This document shows positions 38,180 through 50,644 of a stretch of 64,000 nt of DNA, in pieces (the first letter of the stretch is position 1; every line of letters begins with the position of its first letter). A program made the translations under genes and the position numbers. A model generated the notes under the pieces. It saw only the letters and a program-made list of their open reading frames with translations, had not been told where the DNA came from and made no database searches. The DNA comes from Chiloscyllium plagiosum (taxonomy: Eukaryota), in the NCBI RefSeq assembly GCF_004010195.1, contig NC_057715.1:18775950-18839949 (forward strand), written 5' to 3'.

Positions 38180-39128
38180 TTTTATATACATGATTGTCCT
38201 GATGCTTTAAGGCAGTTTCAAAATCTCCATTTCGAGAGCCTCTGCAGCTTCCTCTTCACCATGGGCATACAATTCTTTTACACGTCCATTCCCCCAACAG
38301 GGCAGTCTCAGAACTCTTCCTCAAGAAAAGGCCTGATCTGTCCCCATCTATCAAGACCCTTCTCTGCTTGGCTGAGCTTGTCCTCATTTTGATTTGAACA
38401 ACTTCTCGTTTAGCTCCTCTCATTTTCACCTGATCAAAGGTGTGGTCATGTGTCCCCACATGGACCCCAGTTATGCCCTGCCTCTTTGTGAGGTATGTGG
38501 AACACTCTTTGTGGATCACTTCCAATGACTCTTTCTCCGGTACATCCATGACATTATCGGTGCTGCTTCCCTCTCTTGGGCAGGATTGGAAAAGTTTATT
38601 AATTTCGTTTCCAATTTCCACCCTGCTCTCACTTTCATCTTGTCCATCTCTTATTCCTGCCTTCCCTTCCTCAACATTTCTCCTTCCATTTCCGGAGATA
38701 GGTTGGCCACTGATAACCATTACAAACCCACCTGCTCCCACAGTTACCTGGATTCTCCATCCTCACACTCTGAATTTGTAATTTTAGAACCTGAACACCT
38801 TCTTTCATGTTTTTTGCCCACCCCCACACCTCAGGTCCTGTCTTGAAGTGGCCCACTTCCAGAACAGCCAACACATTTTCACCTGTTATCAGCTCTTCTT
38901 CCTCCCTGGTTTATCATGATCTATCCCTTTATCTGCCTCACTGTCTTTCTGTCCCTCTGGGCTCTGTTTTTCCCTGTCCTTTCCCACACCCTCCCTTCAG
39001 CATATATAACACTTTTTTCTAGCTACTATCAATTCTGTAACAGGGCGCAAAAGATTAACTCTGCTTTCTCGCCAGAGATGCTGCTAGACCTGCTGAGTTT
39101 CTCCAGCCATTTCTGCTTTTGTTCTTTT
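38180..39128 (+). mobile_element. Degraded, internally deleted PLE (RT region and family E pLTR)
   Basis: PSYA/CLFVRYVE, RYIHDI, FVSNFHPALTF, LPFLNI and YKPTCSHSYLD RT motifs, with the family E tail at 39055-39125. Confidence 0.85.
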
Positions 39129-39162
39129 TGCAAACTTGTCGTCGTTTTATTGCATTAGGTTT

Positions 39163-39440
39163 TAGATTAGATTAGACTTTCGACAGTGTGGAAACAGGCC
39201 CTTCGCCCCAACTGACCCTCCGCAGAGTAACCCACCCACCTCTGATTAATGCACCTATCACTAGGGGCAATTTACCATGGCTAAATTACCGAACCTGCAC
39301 ATCTTTGGAGTGTGGGAGGAAACCTATGCAGACACAGGGAGAACGTGCAAACTCCACACAGACAGTCACCCGAGGCTGGAATCGAACCTGGGACCCTGGT
39401 GCTGTGAGACAGCAGTGCTAACCACTGAGCCACTGTGACA
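39163..39440 (-). mobile_element. HE1-like V-SINE
   Basis: Colinear with 37701-38013. Confidence 0.9.
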
Positions 39441-40049
39441 TCCATATGTACTTCTTATTTGGAAGCTTAATTAGATAATTACATATCCAATGAGTCTATC
39501 AGTAGTTACAGATTAGAACAGAAGTTACAACACATAACACTGAAGCTACGAGGTTGTGCCTATTGTTTTCTCTCGGCTGAACATTTGATTCATACCATTG
39601 ATGAAGCTTAAATTTTTGCAATGATGAATATATTTTCAGTATTTTACATTTTTGTTTTATCATGCTCATAAATTATATATTTCACAACTGTTGAAAGTAT
39701 TTAGCTATGAATATTTGTGTTAAAAATTTATGTTTTCAATTTTGCCATTCAATATTTTAGTCATGACTTTTGTTCGGGATTTTGTTTGTTTGCTATCTCA
39801 TCTCTCATGTTAAACTGAATGAATCTGAGTTCTTACAGGAACAGAACTGTCAGGTGCAGCAATTTTGCCAAGGACACTAATTTATCAGCGTTATAGGGTT
39901 GACATTATGTGGAGTTAGCACCATTAGGAAGGTGGTCTTAGTGTCCAACAATATTATAAAGAGGCTTCTCAAAACTTGTTCTCCTGGATATCCAGGAAGG
40001 TGGAGCAGAGAGGACAGAAATGGAGTTTGTGTTGCAAATGCCAATAAAT

Positions 40050-40445
40050 ACCCCCCACTCTCCAGACTGTAACACTGGCCTCACCCTCGCTGCGGTCAGT
40101 CCCCACCCCGCAGACAATACCAAAGCCCCCCCCCCCCCCCCCCCCCCCCCCCCGCTGGTTATAATCTCTTCCAACCTCTTCGTTCGGGCAGAAGATATAA
40201 AAGCTTAAACGCATGGACCAAGAGATTAAAGAACAGCTTCTTCCCTGCTGTTATTCAACTTCTAGATGGACCTCCCAAATTTCAAATTTAACCCCCACCC
40301 CTCCAGGCTGTACCATAGGCCTCACCCTCACTGCTATTTGCCCCCACACCCCACACTGCACCATAGGCCTCACCCTCACTGGTGTCTGCACCCACACCCC
40401 AGGCTGTACCATAGGCCTCACTCTCACTACTGTCGGCCCCCACCT
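40050..40445. repeat. 48-bp minisatellite (3 tandem units at about 40292-40440 plus one separated unit) and a C28 run at 40126-40153
   Basis: CATAGGCCTCAC recurs at 40314, 40362 and 40410. Confidence 0.85.
40155..40290 (+). mobile_element. Rex1/Babar-like LINE C-terminal fragment
   Basis: GYNLFQPLRSGRRYKSLNAWTKRLKNSFFPAVIQLL. Confidence 0.8.
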
Positions 40446-41082
40446 TGCAGCTGAATCACTGGTCTAACCCTCTCTGCTCCCCCATCGCTCCTATTGCTAG
40501 GCAGATCCGCAGGCCTCAAAGCCCTCCAACCCCGAGGCTGTTTCTCTGGCCTAACCCTCACTGCATCGTTTACCACTTTGCTCAGTGAGTGGGGCAGTGA
40601 GTGAGATGGCAGGTGAGGCACTGACAGCTCTTTGTAAGTGTGCCTCCGAGCCAATAGTTTGCAAATTCATTTCAGCAAAATCATTTGCATGGCCTGTTTT
40701 AGCAGCACAGGGCAGCAAGTTTAACAAAACCACACCCTGAGATATCAATTCTGCCGCACTATATAATGTCCATGGAATTTTAGTGAGCTGTGGTTTGGAT
40801 TTAACTCTGTTTCTGTGTGTTCGCAATCACTGTGCCACCTAGCAGGGTTGTTGGTAATAAACTCCACCGAAGGGAAACTATGTGTGGAATCTTCCCGTCT
40901 TTGGACAATGTAGGCATTGACAGGTCAGTTGGGAAATTAGGAAGAGAGCAGCAGAAATTAAATTTGTGATGGTGACACAAAAGAAATCAGATTCACCAAT
41001 CAAATTTTGAACAATGAGATGTGGCATGAGACCTATTTGTAACAATTTATATTCATTATCATATTAAGATTTGGTCGTAAAG

Positions 41083-41470
41083 GGCAAAATGGTGGCTCAG
41101 TGGTTAGCATGGCTGCCTCACAAATAGGGACCCGGGTTCAATTCCAGCCTCGGGCCACTGTCTGTGTGGAGTTTGCACATTCTCCCTCTATTTGCGTGGG
41201 TTTCCTCTTGGTGCTCTGCCACTGTCTGTGTGGAGTTTGCACATTCTCCCTCTATTTGCGTGGGTTTCCTCTTGGTGCTCTGGTTTCTTCCCACACTCCA
41301 AACATCTGCAGGGTTGGTTGATCGGCCATGCTAAATTGGCCATAGTGTTCAAGGTTAGGTAGATTAACCATGGGAAATGCAGGATTACAGTGATAGGATG
41401 GGTCTGGGTGGGATGTTCTTTGGAGGGATGGGCTGAATGTCCTGCTTCCAACTGTAGGGTTTCTACAATT
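41083..41470 (+). mobile_element. HE1-like V-SINE with an internal perfect 64-bp tandem duplication
   Basis: A and B boxes are present, and 41154-41217 is identical to 41218-41281. Confidence 0.9.
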
Positions 41471-41559
41471 CTATAAATCTCACCTCATTGATATGTAGTT
41501 TCCTATTGTCCCACCAGAGACTAGAACTATGGCAGTTCCCATCACGAGAGTCAGAGCAT

Positions 41560-44500
41560 ACACCTGGTGACTCCAGCTCACCACTTACTTGCTCACCCAG
41601 ACCTCCATCTTGGACATGAGGCACCAACATTGTTGCTTCTGCAATCGACTTCAATGCCATCCACAGACTTTGGCATCGGATACATGTCAGCTTCACTGCA
41701 CCCTCATGGCAGATATCTGTGGATTTATAATTACACTCACAATAAGATTCTGTAATTCATTGCTGCACTTTGGAGAAGTCTGTTTGTAAGTCTGCTGCTG
41801 GGACAATTTGCGTGCAGGGACAGGCGCTCAACCTTTGGATTGGGCCAAGGTCCCCCAGGGCTCCTTGCTTGCTCTCTTAGCGCTCCCTCACTTTGTACCA
41901 GCTTTGACACACAGCATCTTCGCATTCCCTTGCTGTTGTGAGTTTTGCCTTCTTAGCTAGAGCTTAAAGGCTCAGGACATCTGTCTAGTCTTGCTGTTTA
42001 GCATAAAGCCAGGCAGTATGTAATGTTTGTCAGCAGTCATCAGTCAAGGGAGGGGTGGATAAGTTACTGTACAATACTTTGCTACATCATCCTGCAGCGG
42101 CACCACATGCCAGCAGCCAACATGACAAACTCAGTTACAGAGCTTCAAACGAATGACCATGTCTCTAGTACTGAGGGGAGCAGTCCTCATCAAGTCAAGG
42201 GAGACAGCCTACAGTCAGGGGCTCCCAGCACTGTAAGTCAAGGGGTGCATCTGCTATCAACCCCCAGGCTGTAACATGGACAGTGGCTGCTTGGGCTATT
42301 CAGGGTCATGGGTCCATATCACAATGATCCAGGTAGTGAGCAATGGTCAGTCCTGTAGGTCTACTGCAGCCAGTCCATGGAGTCACAGTAAATCAGCTGG
42401 GGAACTGGACAAAGCTCACTCAGGATCCATTCCCTCATTCATTGGGGACTATCTGTCAAAGGAGGTCACAGGAATGGACTACTGTCACTCCTGAGGGTCT
42501 GTTAACTTTGAGTCAAGGTTGGAGGTGGGGGACAGTGGCGAAACGATGGTTAGCACTGCTGCCTCACAGCGCCAAGAGCCCAGGTTCAATTCCAGCTTTT
42601 GCTGACTGTTGTGGAATTAGTATGTTCTCCCCATATTTGCAAGGGTTTACTCCAAGTGTTCCAGTTTCCTCTAAAGTTGTGCAGGTTAGGTGGATTTTTT
42701 GTGCGGGGGGGGGGGTTACAGGAATAGAGTAGGGCTGTGTCTGTTTGGGACGCTGAGGGTTGGTGCAGACTTGATGGTCTCAATGCACTGTAGGGATTCT
42801 ATGACTTACCAAGGGCCACTACTATGGTAGGGAATCTAGGGAACTTAATTGCAGGGATTAGAAACAGCATACTGGGATACATCATAGATGATAATTGTGA
42901 AGGGGCAGCAACTCTATATATAAAAGGGGAGATGATAGACAAGAGGAGTTCATTAACAGCACCCTCTTCGACTTTGATGGGTGACATTGAACGACTAAGT
43001 CTGGCATGAGGATATGATGCACCTGGGATTCAGGGGTAAAGTGGCGAGATGAACAATTAATTATTGGGCTGGATTAGAATATGGGGTAAGTCAAAACCAA
43101 TGGAATGATAGGGAGGACAATAAGGATGATTTAGAAGGCTATCTTTATCGAAAGGCTGAGTCAACGACTCACTCCGTTAAGCTGACAGCTATTTCCTTCC
43201 CACTTTGTCCAAATAACAAGTGCACTGTGCAAATCAAAATGGCTGCCATCATGCTGGGAGTGAGCAGAGGAAGTGTTTTTCTATTGTGAGGGATGGAGCT
43301 CCACCTTGCGCATTGAGAAGCCCTTCACAGAGCAGCAGCATTAAACAGACACCAACAGTGCAGGTGAAAGACATGTGTGAGCACTAAACATTGCATGTGA
43401 ACTTTACACATTGTGTTGACTACAAATCCTGGCCACCAGCAACATGGATGACATGTGCAAAGTTACAAATCAATTCCACTGATAGCTGTGATGCACACAC
43501 AATGTTTTGCTGCCTGGAAAGTTTTGTCCTAGTTGCGTAAGTGTCAATCACCTTCCAAGCTTCTGCAGGAGCTGCTCACTTCACATTCTGAACCATAAAA
43601 AAATTATGCAGTGCAAAGGATGCCTAGCTTCTGAATCTTCAATGTTGTGTTGGCTGTTTAAATGATATTCACTCTCACATGTAAAATGAACACATATTTA
43701 CAAATGTGAGAATGTATTTATAATGAAGTGTCACCTGGTGCTCCAATGTGCTGTGAGAAATTCTTCTTCTTTCTTTCCCTCCCACTGTGTCTTGGTGCAA
43801 TCCTGGTATTCTGCAGATGGGCTGGAGGGAGTCTACCCTGCAGTGGGGGAACCCATTGGCCTGGGAGTTTTGAGTTGGGCAACTCTGGAGCGTTTGTGCT
43901 TAGAAGGACCAAGCTTGCTGAACAGATGTAGTGCAGCATCCTGAAGTTAAACTCCGACAGGGTTGAGGGGGAGTCAGGCAGAGTGAAGCATGAAGGCCCA
44001 GGAGTGCCATGAGTGAAGATTTCTGGGAGAAATATTGGTTCCTACTCTGGTTGGGTCCATCCTGGCAGTCCCCTGTCTCCTCATGAGGGAACGGCACTTG
44101 GTGTGAGTTCCAGGCTGCCTGTCCTCCTGGATGTTGGTGCTGAGCAGGAGCAATGGAGCGTATGTCCGTGTGCACATCCTGCCTACCGTAAGGTCGCTGG
44201 ACCTGGCTCACTGTGGCAGCTGACAAACATATTCATGGATGCAACCAGATACTGGCATTCCCAGAGTGGCATGGTGTACACGGCTTTGTTACGGTCCCGT
44301 AACCTTTTAGGTCAGTTTGTGCAGTGCCTGTGATGGACCTGCCTGCTGCTCCTGTGAGTGCATGTGTGTGTTATTGATGTTCTGAATGGTCAACACCATG
44401 GGGGTCCTCTCCTGGCTGGGGCTGAGCCGTGCATGGGTTTTGACAGTCCTCTGAGTGCCACTGACCTTGGGCACTAATCCCTTTCCCAGCTGAGGAGTTA

Positions 44501-44815
44501 TGGCAGTGATGTGCCCCCTGGAACATGCTTTCAACTCTAAGCTGACTAAAATATCCAGCGAGGTGCCTGTACCTGAGCTGGTGGAGGGTGGAGGGGTCAG
44601 GCTTCCTACTCCATCCTCTGAGAGATCTATGGCTTCTTCCTCAGAGTAGGAGGAGGAGGAGCTGTCTAGCAGGGCTGCCCCCTTGAAGGTGGGCAGTGTA
44701 AATACGATGCCAGTGCTGAAATCCTGGGAGAGTCCCAGAGGTGGTGAATGCTTCTGCCTCTGGTGAAAGGGAAGATGAGATGAGAAGGATGCCAATGAGG
44801 CATGCTGCATAGATA
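41560..44815. mobile_element. Putative decayed PIF/Harbinger element (transposase remnants on plus, partner-ORF remnants on minus)
   Basis: LDMR..LMADIC (41610-41722) and SGSIPSFIGDYLSKEVT (about 42420-42470) resemble the HARBI1-type N-terminus. SEEE..SED..PPPSTSSGTGTS occurs in ORF 44307-44810. Confidence 0.45.
42528..42805 (+). mobile_element. Degraded HE1-like V-SINE
   Basis: GGTTAGCACTGCTGCCTCACAGCGCCA...GGTTCAATTCC and tail CTGTAGGGATTCTATGA. Confidence 0.85.
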
Positions 44816-44816
44816 A

Positions 44817-44926
44817 TGAGGTGAATTTTGGAGAATAATGTGAGAAATCTCGCCATGAATCACAGAGAGAAACCTGTGAAACTTGCCAAAATTGCCACTT
44901 TGTTGATTTCTGCTAAAATTCACTCA
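44817..44926. mobile_element. 110-bp Tourist-like MITE candidate
   Basis: Imperfect terminal inverted repeats TGAGGTGAATTTTGGAGAA / TTCTGCTAAAATTCACTCA, flanked by TAA at 44814-44816 and 44927-44929. Confidence 0.55.
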
Positions 44927-45854
44927 TAATTCCTTCAGAAAAAGAATTACTTGCATTTCTGTATAATCTTTTATGCCTTTGCATTGTTTCTCTGTTTAAG
45001 TGTAGGAAATATGGTTACCAATTTACAGTTGGCAAGATCCTTTCATAACTTCAAAACACCACATAGTATTTCAGTCATTAAAGTACCATTAAGTCAGGTC
45101 ATGTTAATACTAGGCTAAGTAGCCCAAGAGACCTTAAAAGGACAATCTATTGTTTCTGTTTCATCTCTCCTGGAGTAGAACAAGTCTTGGTTCTTCTCTG
45201 CTGACCATTTTGTTGGAACTTTGCCATCATTTCCTGTGTAGGATTAATGTGATTTCAGAAGGCCTCATTGATTTTATTTCCTGCAGTGGCTTCGCACATT
45301 TTAATTTTTCTGAACAGAAGCCTCTTTATTCTTCATAGTTGCTGCCTTTTCACATCAAATTCTCCTGAGTCCATCTGTTCCTCTCCCTGCATTATACCAA
45401 CAACAAAGTTGCACTGGAATAATTTTGACAGTAAAAATTAAGAATGCACCTTGTTTGTTCACTCATGTGAATCCTGAACATGTTCAGTTAAAGTAAACAG
45501 CAGGGCATGTTACATTGTTCTCATCCATGTTGGCATAGTTTGTGACCTATGGGAGGTATATCTGAAGGATTATAAACTGGACATGGTTTAATCTGTATAC
45601 ATTAGTAATTATAATAAAGTACAATAATCAACCTTTCACATTTTATTCTATAGAGACAAGCTGCATTATTGACAGAATAGTGTAACAGCTTATGAAATTC
45701 ATATTGATTTTCTGTTCTGACCGAATCCTACATATTCATTCTGGAACCTAAATTTGTGTGTGAGACAATCTGTTTCTGTATGACAGAATCCACACAGTGT
45801 GTATTTACTGTAAATAAGACCTATATGCATGATAACCTGACAGGTAGTACTTAT

Positions 45855-47150
45855 TGATTCAGTGATGGATGTCACTGGCTAGGCCATCGTTTATTGCTCA
45901 AATGCTAATTGCTCTTGGGTAGGTGATGATGGGCTGTCTTCATGAACCATTGTAGTCCATTCAGTGTAAGTACACTCACAGCATTGTTGTGGAGAGAGTT
46001 CCAGGAATTTGTCCCAGTGACGGTGAACAGACTAAGATACAGTTCCAGGCCAGGGTGGCGTTTGATTTGGAGGATAACTTACTGATGTGGTATTGTTACC
46101 TTGAATCTGCTGCATTAGTTCTTCCAGGCAATAGAGGTCTTGAATTTGTTTTTTTTTGCATTCATTCATGGGATATGATGTCGATGGCTGGGCCAGCATT
46201 TATTGACCATCTCTAGTTGCTATTGAGAAGCTGGTGGTGAGCTGCCTTTTTTGAACTGCGGCAGTCTGTGTGCTGTAGGTAGACTCCTCAATGGTGTTCG
46301 GGTGGGAGTTCCACATTTTGTCTCAGCAAGATTGAAGGAACGGTAATATATTTTCATGTCAGATGGTGAACTTGCCATTGGCTGGTGCTCCCCTGTCCTT
46401 CTATATGGAAATGGTTGTGTGTTTAGTAGGTGCTGTCTGAGGATCTTTGGTGAATTTCTGCAATGCATCATGCACACTGCTTTTACTGAGTGTCAGGAGC
46501 TGAAGGTTCATGGATGTGGTGCATCTAAGGCTGGCGAAAGTGAGGACTGCAGATGCTGGTGATTAGAGTTGAGAGTGCGGTACTGGAAAAGCACAGCAGG
46601 TCAGGCAGCATCCGCGGGGCAAATGCTATTTCGGGCAAAAGCCCTTCATCAGGAAGCATCGAAGGAAGTCTTGGCAAATTGTGGTTGGTATATACTACAA
46701 CCACGTTGTGCCAGTAGTGGAGGGATTGAATGTTTAAGATGATGTATGAGGTGCTGATCAAATGATTTGCTTTCTCCTGTTTGGTGTGGAGCGTTTTGAC
46801 TGCTGTTGGAGCTTCACTCTGACTGGAAAGTGAAGTTATTCCATAACATTCCTGACTTGTAGATGATGGACAGGTACTGGGGAGTCAAGACGTGAGTTAC
46901 TTGCTGTAGAATCCTTACTTTTAACATGCCAGAGTATTTTTATGGCTGGTTCAGTTATATTCCTGGTTTCAGGATGTTGATAACAGAGGATTCAATGATG
47001 TTTATGCCATTGAATGTCAAGGGGAGCTGGTTAGACTCTTCTTAGTTGGAGATGAATATTACTTGGCACTCGTTTGGCCTGAATTTTACTTGGTACTTGG
47101 TATCCCAAGCCTGAATACTGCCCAGTTCTTGCTACATATAGCCATAGACG
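45855..47150 (-). mobile_element. Two nested or tandem 3' fragments of the tRNA-headed LINE
   Basis: Colinear with 34013-34820. MHCRNSPKILRQHL in ORF 46220-46477. Confidence 0.8.
46531..46655 (-). mobile_element. Stand-alone 125-bp family A element (hammerhead plus tail)
   Basis: Minus strand TTCCTGATGAAGGGCTTTTGCCCGAAA, with the cleavage-site region disrupted. TSD GCATCTAAGG (46521-46530) / GCATCGAAGG (46656-46665). Confidence 0.85.
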
Positions 47151-47729
47151 ATTACAGCATCTCTGGAGGCAAAATAGAACAGAACACTGTTAAATCATTT
47201 TTTATTTTTTGGAACACTTGAAATAAAATGGAAGAATTGACTAGGCTAGAATCTGAGCTTAAAGCAATGAATGCATACCACAGGGGATTCTGAAGATAAA
47301 AAATAAACATGTCAGGGCATTTAGGTGCTGGACATGTAAGCACAGCTACCAGAAAAAAATCCAGACTCAAAATAGAAGCACCATTTGCTCTGTTGGCCTT
47401 TAATCATCTTAAGCATTTCAGTAAGATCGTCCATTAATCTGCAATACTCACAGGAATACAAGTCAAGACTGTGGATCCTATCCCCATAATTTAACCCCTC
47501 TGACCCTGATTCAAAAGAAATGGAATGCTGTTTCCAGTACATCTTGAGTCATTAATGTTTCCTGCCACCAGACCCCTCCTCCCCAACATCTCAGGATATA
47601 GAACCTCTGCTGCATCATTTTTATTTTATTTTCACAAATTAGTCTTAATTAAACATGTGTTAATCAGGCATAATGTTGTTTTGGGGGAAGATGTTAAAGT
47701 TAAGTCTGTGAGGTTACCCATTATACCTG

Positions 47730-47950
47730 AGGAGCAATGGTTTCTGGGAAGATCTAACATTGAAAAAAGAGACCATTCCACAAACAGCAATGCACTAATG
47801 ACCAGATTGTCTGTTTTGTTTGAGATTAGTTGAGGACTCTGATGAACTCCCCTGCTCATCTTTGAAACAGTACCACAGGATATTTTGCATTCGCCCAAGA
47901 GAGCCAATGGGAATTTGGTTGAACATTTCATTGGAATGGCAGCATTGAAA
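47730..47950 (-). mobile_element. Deu-domain SINE fragment
   Basis: GAACTCCCCTGCTCATCTTTGAAACAGTACCACAGGATATTTTGCAT. Confidence 0.65.
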
Positions 47951-48654
47951 TGACAAATGAGTTTGGGAATTGTTACTGATTTGAAAATGGAGAAAATGGT
48001 ACTGGCAGTGACTGCGTTGACATGACCACGGCTTGATACTGACCTGTTTGTATAATTTGAAAAGATAATAACACAGCTGAGAGGCAGAACAATATTCTGA
48101 GGAATGAGTGAGCAGTAAACAGAATTTTGAGAACAGTCTACTACAACAAAGTTCTCTTTACAATTCATCTTATCTTTGTCTGCAGACATTTTACTTATAT
48201 TAAATTTGTTGGCACAGCCCTAAGGTGCTATGTTCACGTAGATATGGAAAAGATAAATAGCTTACCAATGAAAGAGAATGACAGCTAAGATTAATACATC
48301 AAGCGCACCAGAATAAATGGGGAAAGGAATCTTGAGCTGTTTTTGTTTTAATCATTTGCAAACTATTAAAAATCCTATCCTGTGCTCTGAGACTAGTTTT
48401 AGAAATATCCATGCTAGGTATCAGTGATTTTATTTTACTCCAATCTTTGTCTTTATTCCTGAAGGTGAATTTTGTTCTTTCTTAAACCCAACCACATTGG
48501 GTTTTGTTACTTTACTCAAGTGACTGTTTTTAAATTGCAAAGTGCTTGTTTGTTCAACTTGCAGGATGCAGCATGTTCACATATCAGCATGGCGATAACA
48601 GTGGGATCTGTTTCATGATACTCCTGCTCTGACAGTTCCCCCTTTCTTTCGGTG

Positions 48655-48925
48655 TTAGCTGCAGCTTAGTTGGTAGTAATTTGCCACTGAGTCAGAAGAT
48701 TCAAGTCCCAGTCCAGGACTGGAGCAAAACAATTGAGTTTGACATTATAGTGTAATGCATTAGAAGTACCTAATTTTTTCAGATAAGATGTACTTGATAC
48801 CCCTCAAGTCTGCCTCTGCAGCCGGTTGAAAAGATATCACCATATACTTTATTGAGGAACAACAAATGAATATTGTTGAAAAGAGAGATACATTGCTAAA
48901 CTTTTTCATCTCACAGCCATCAAGA
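48655..48925. mobile_element. Deu-SINE (plus, 48655-48870) followed by a family D pLTR remnant (minus, 48871-48925)
   Basis: TAGCTGCAGCTTAGTTGGTAG head and TCAGATAAGATG core. Minus strand TCTTGATGGCTGTGAGATGAAAAAGTTTAGC is a decayed hammerhead. Confidence 0.6.
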
Positions 48926-49969
48926 ACTGGATGAACTTGGGAACATTCGGGAGGCAGAGACAGTCATAGGTAAAAGCTCCAATGAGGTGGTTACTCCTAG
49001 AAATGAAGATAGTTGGGTGACTGTTAGAAAAGGTAAAAAGCAATCAGTGCAGGTATTCCCTGTGGCCATTCCCCTGTATAACAAGTATACCGTTTTTAAT
49101 ACTGTTGGGGGGCTCGACTTACCAGGGGTAAGCCATTGGGTATAGGTCTCTGTCAAAGAGTTTGTCCCTGTTGCTCAGAAGGGAAGCAGGAAGAGGAGCA
49201 GAGCATTAGTCATTGGGGACTCCTTAGTTAGGGGGAACAGATAGCTGATTTGATGGGAACTAAAGATACCCGCAGCTGGTGTGTTGCCTCCCAGGTGGCA
49301 GGCTCTGTCATATCTCGGATTGTGTTTTTGGGATCCTTGAGGGTGAGGGGGAGCATCCCCACATTGTGGTTGACATTGTAACCAACGACATAGGCAGGAA
49401 TAGTGATAAGGGGATGGAAGGCAGTTATTCAGGGAGCTGGGGGGAAGCTTAGAGCTAGAACAAATAGAGTTGCTATCTCTGATTTGTTACCTGTACCACG
49501 GGGCAAGGAATAGGGAGAGAGAGCAGTTAAACACGTGACTACAGGAATAGTGCAGGAGAGAGGGATTCAGATACCTGGATGATTGGAGCTTATTCTAGGG
49601 TGAGTGGGACGTCTACAAACAGGATGGTCTATACTTGAACCAGAGGGATACCAATATTGTGGGGGGGAGATTTGCTGATGTTCTTTGGGTGGGTTTAAAC
49701 TAACTCAGTAGGGGGATGGGAACCTGAATTGTAGCTCCAGTGTACAGGAAGTTGAGAGTAGTGAGGTCATGAATAAAGTTCCAAGGTTGCAGGAGTGTTC
49801 TGATAGGCAGGAAGGTGGTTTGAAGTGTGTCTACTTCAACGCCAGGAGCATCCGGAATTAGGTGGGTGGATTTGCAGCATGGGTTGGGACTTCGATGTTG
49901 TGGCCATTTCAGAGACATGGATGGAGAAAGGAGAGGAATGGTTGTTGCAGGTTCTAGATGTTTCAGTAA

Positions 49970-50644
49970 CTGGATGTAAGTTTGTTTGTTGAGCTGGAAG
50001 GTTCGTTTTCAGATGTTTCATCACCATTCTAGGTAACATCATCAGTGAGCCTCCATTGAAGCACTGGTGTTAGTGACCCACTTTCTATTTATGTATTTAG
50101 GTTTCCTTGTGTTGGTGATGTCATTTCCTGTGGTGATGTCATTTCCTGTTCTTTTCCTCAGAGGGTGTTTAATGGGGTTCATGTCAATGTGTCTGTTGAG
50201 TTGGAATGCCATGCTTCTAGGAATTATCGTGCAATTCCCTATTTGACTTGTCCTAAGATGGATGTGCTGTCCCAGTCAAAGTGGTGTCCTTCCCTATCTG
50301 TATATAAGGACACTAGTGAGAGTGGGTCATGTCTTTTTGTGGCTAGTTGATGTTCATGTATCCTGGTGGCTAGTTTTCTGCCTGTTTGTCCAATGTAGTG
50401 TTTCTTGTAGTTCGTGCAAGGTATTTTGTAAATGACATTAGTTTTGCTTGTTGTCTGTATAGAGTCTTTCAAGTTTGTTAGCTGCTGTTTTAGTGTGTTG
50501 GTGTGTTTGTGGGCTACCAAGATGCCAAGAGGTCTGAATAGTCTGGCAGTTATTTCCGAGATGTTTTTGATGTAGGGGAGAGTGGCCAGGGTTTTTTGAT
50601 GCGTTTTGTCTGCTTATTTGTGTTTGTTACTGAGAAACTCGCTA
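49970..50644 (-). mobile_element. PLE family B (GIY-YIG endonuclease and pLTR) inserted in CR1
   Basis: NVIYKIPCTNYKKHYIGQTGRKLATRIHEH. Perfect TSD ATGTTTCAGTAA at 49958-49969 and 50645-50656. Confidence 0.93.
50009..50048 (-). ncRNA. Hammerhead motif, family B
   Basis: UCA CUGAUGA U GUUACC-UAGAAU-GGUGAU GAAAC AUC/UGA. Confidence 0.72.

Noticed and set aside
39982-39997. Perfect 16-bp palindrome TCCTGGATATCCAGGA
   Set aside because: About one such palindrome is expected by chance in 64 kb.
40213-40467. Cys/His/Pro-rich repetitive ORFs
   Set aside because: They are translations of the 48-bp minisatellite.
47632-48189. 185-aa minus-strand ORF
   Set aside because: It runs through a Deu-SINE remnant and has no recognisable domain or splice support.
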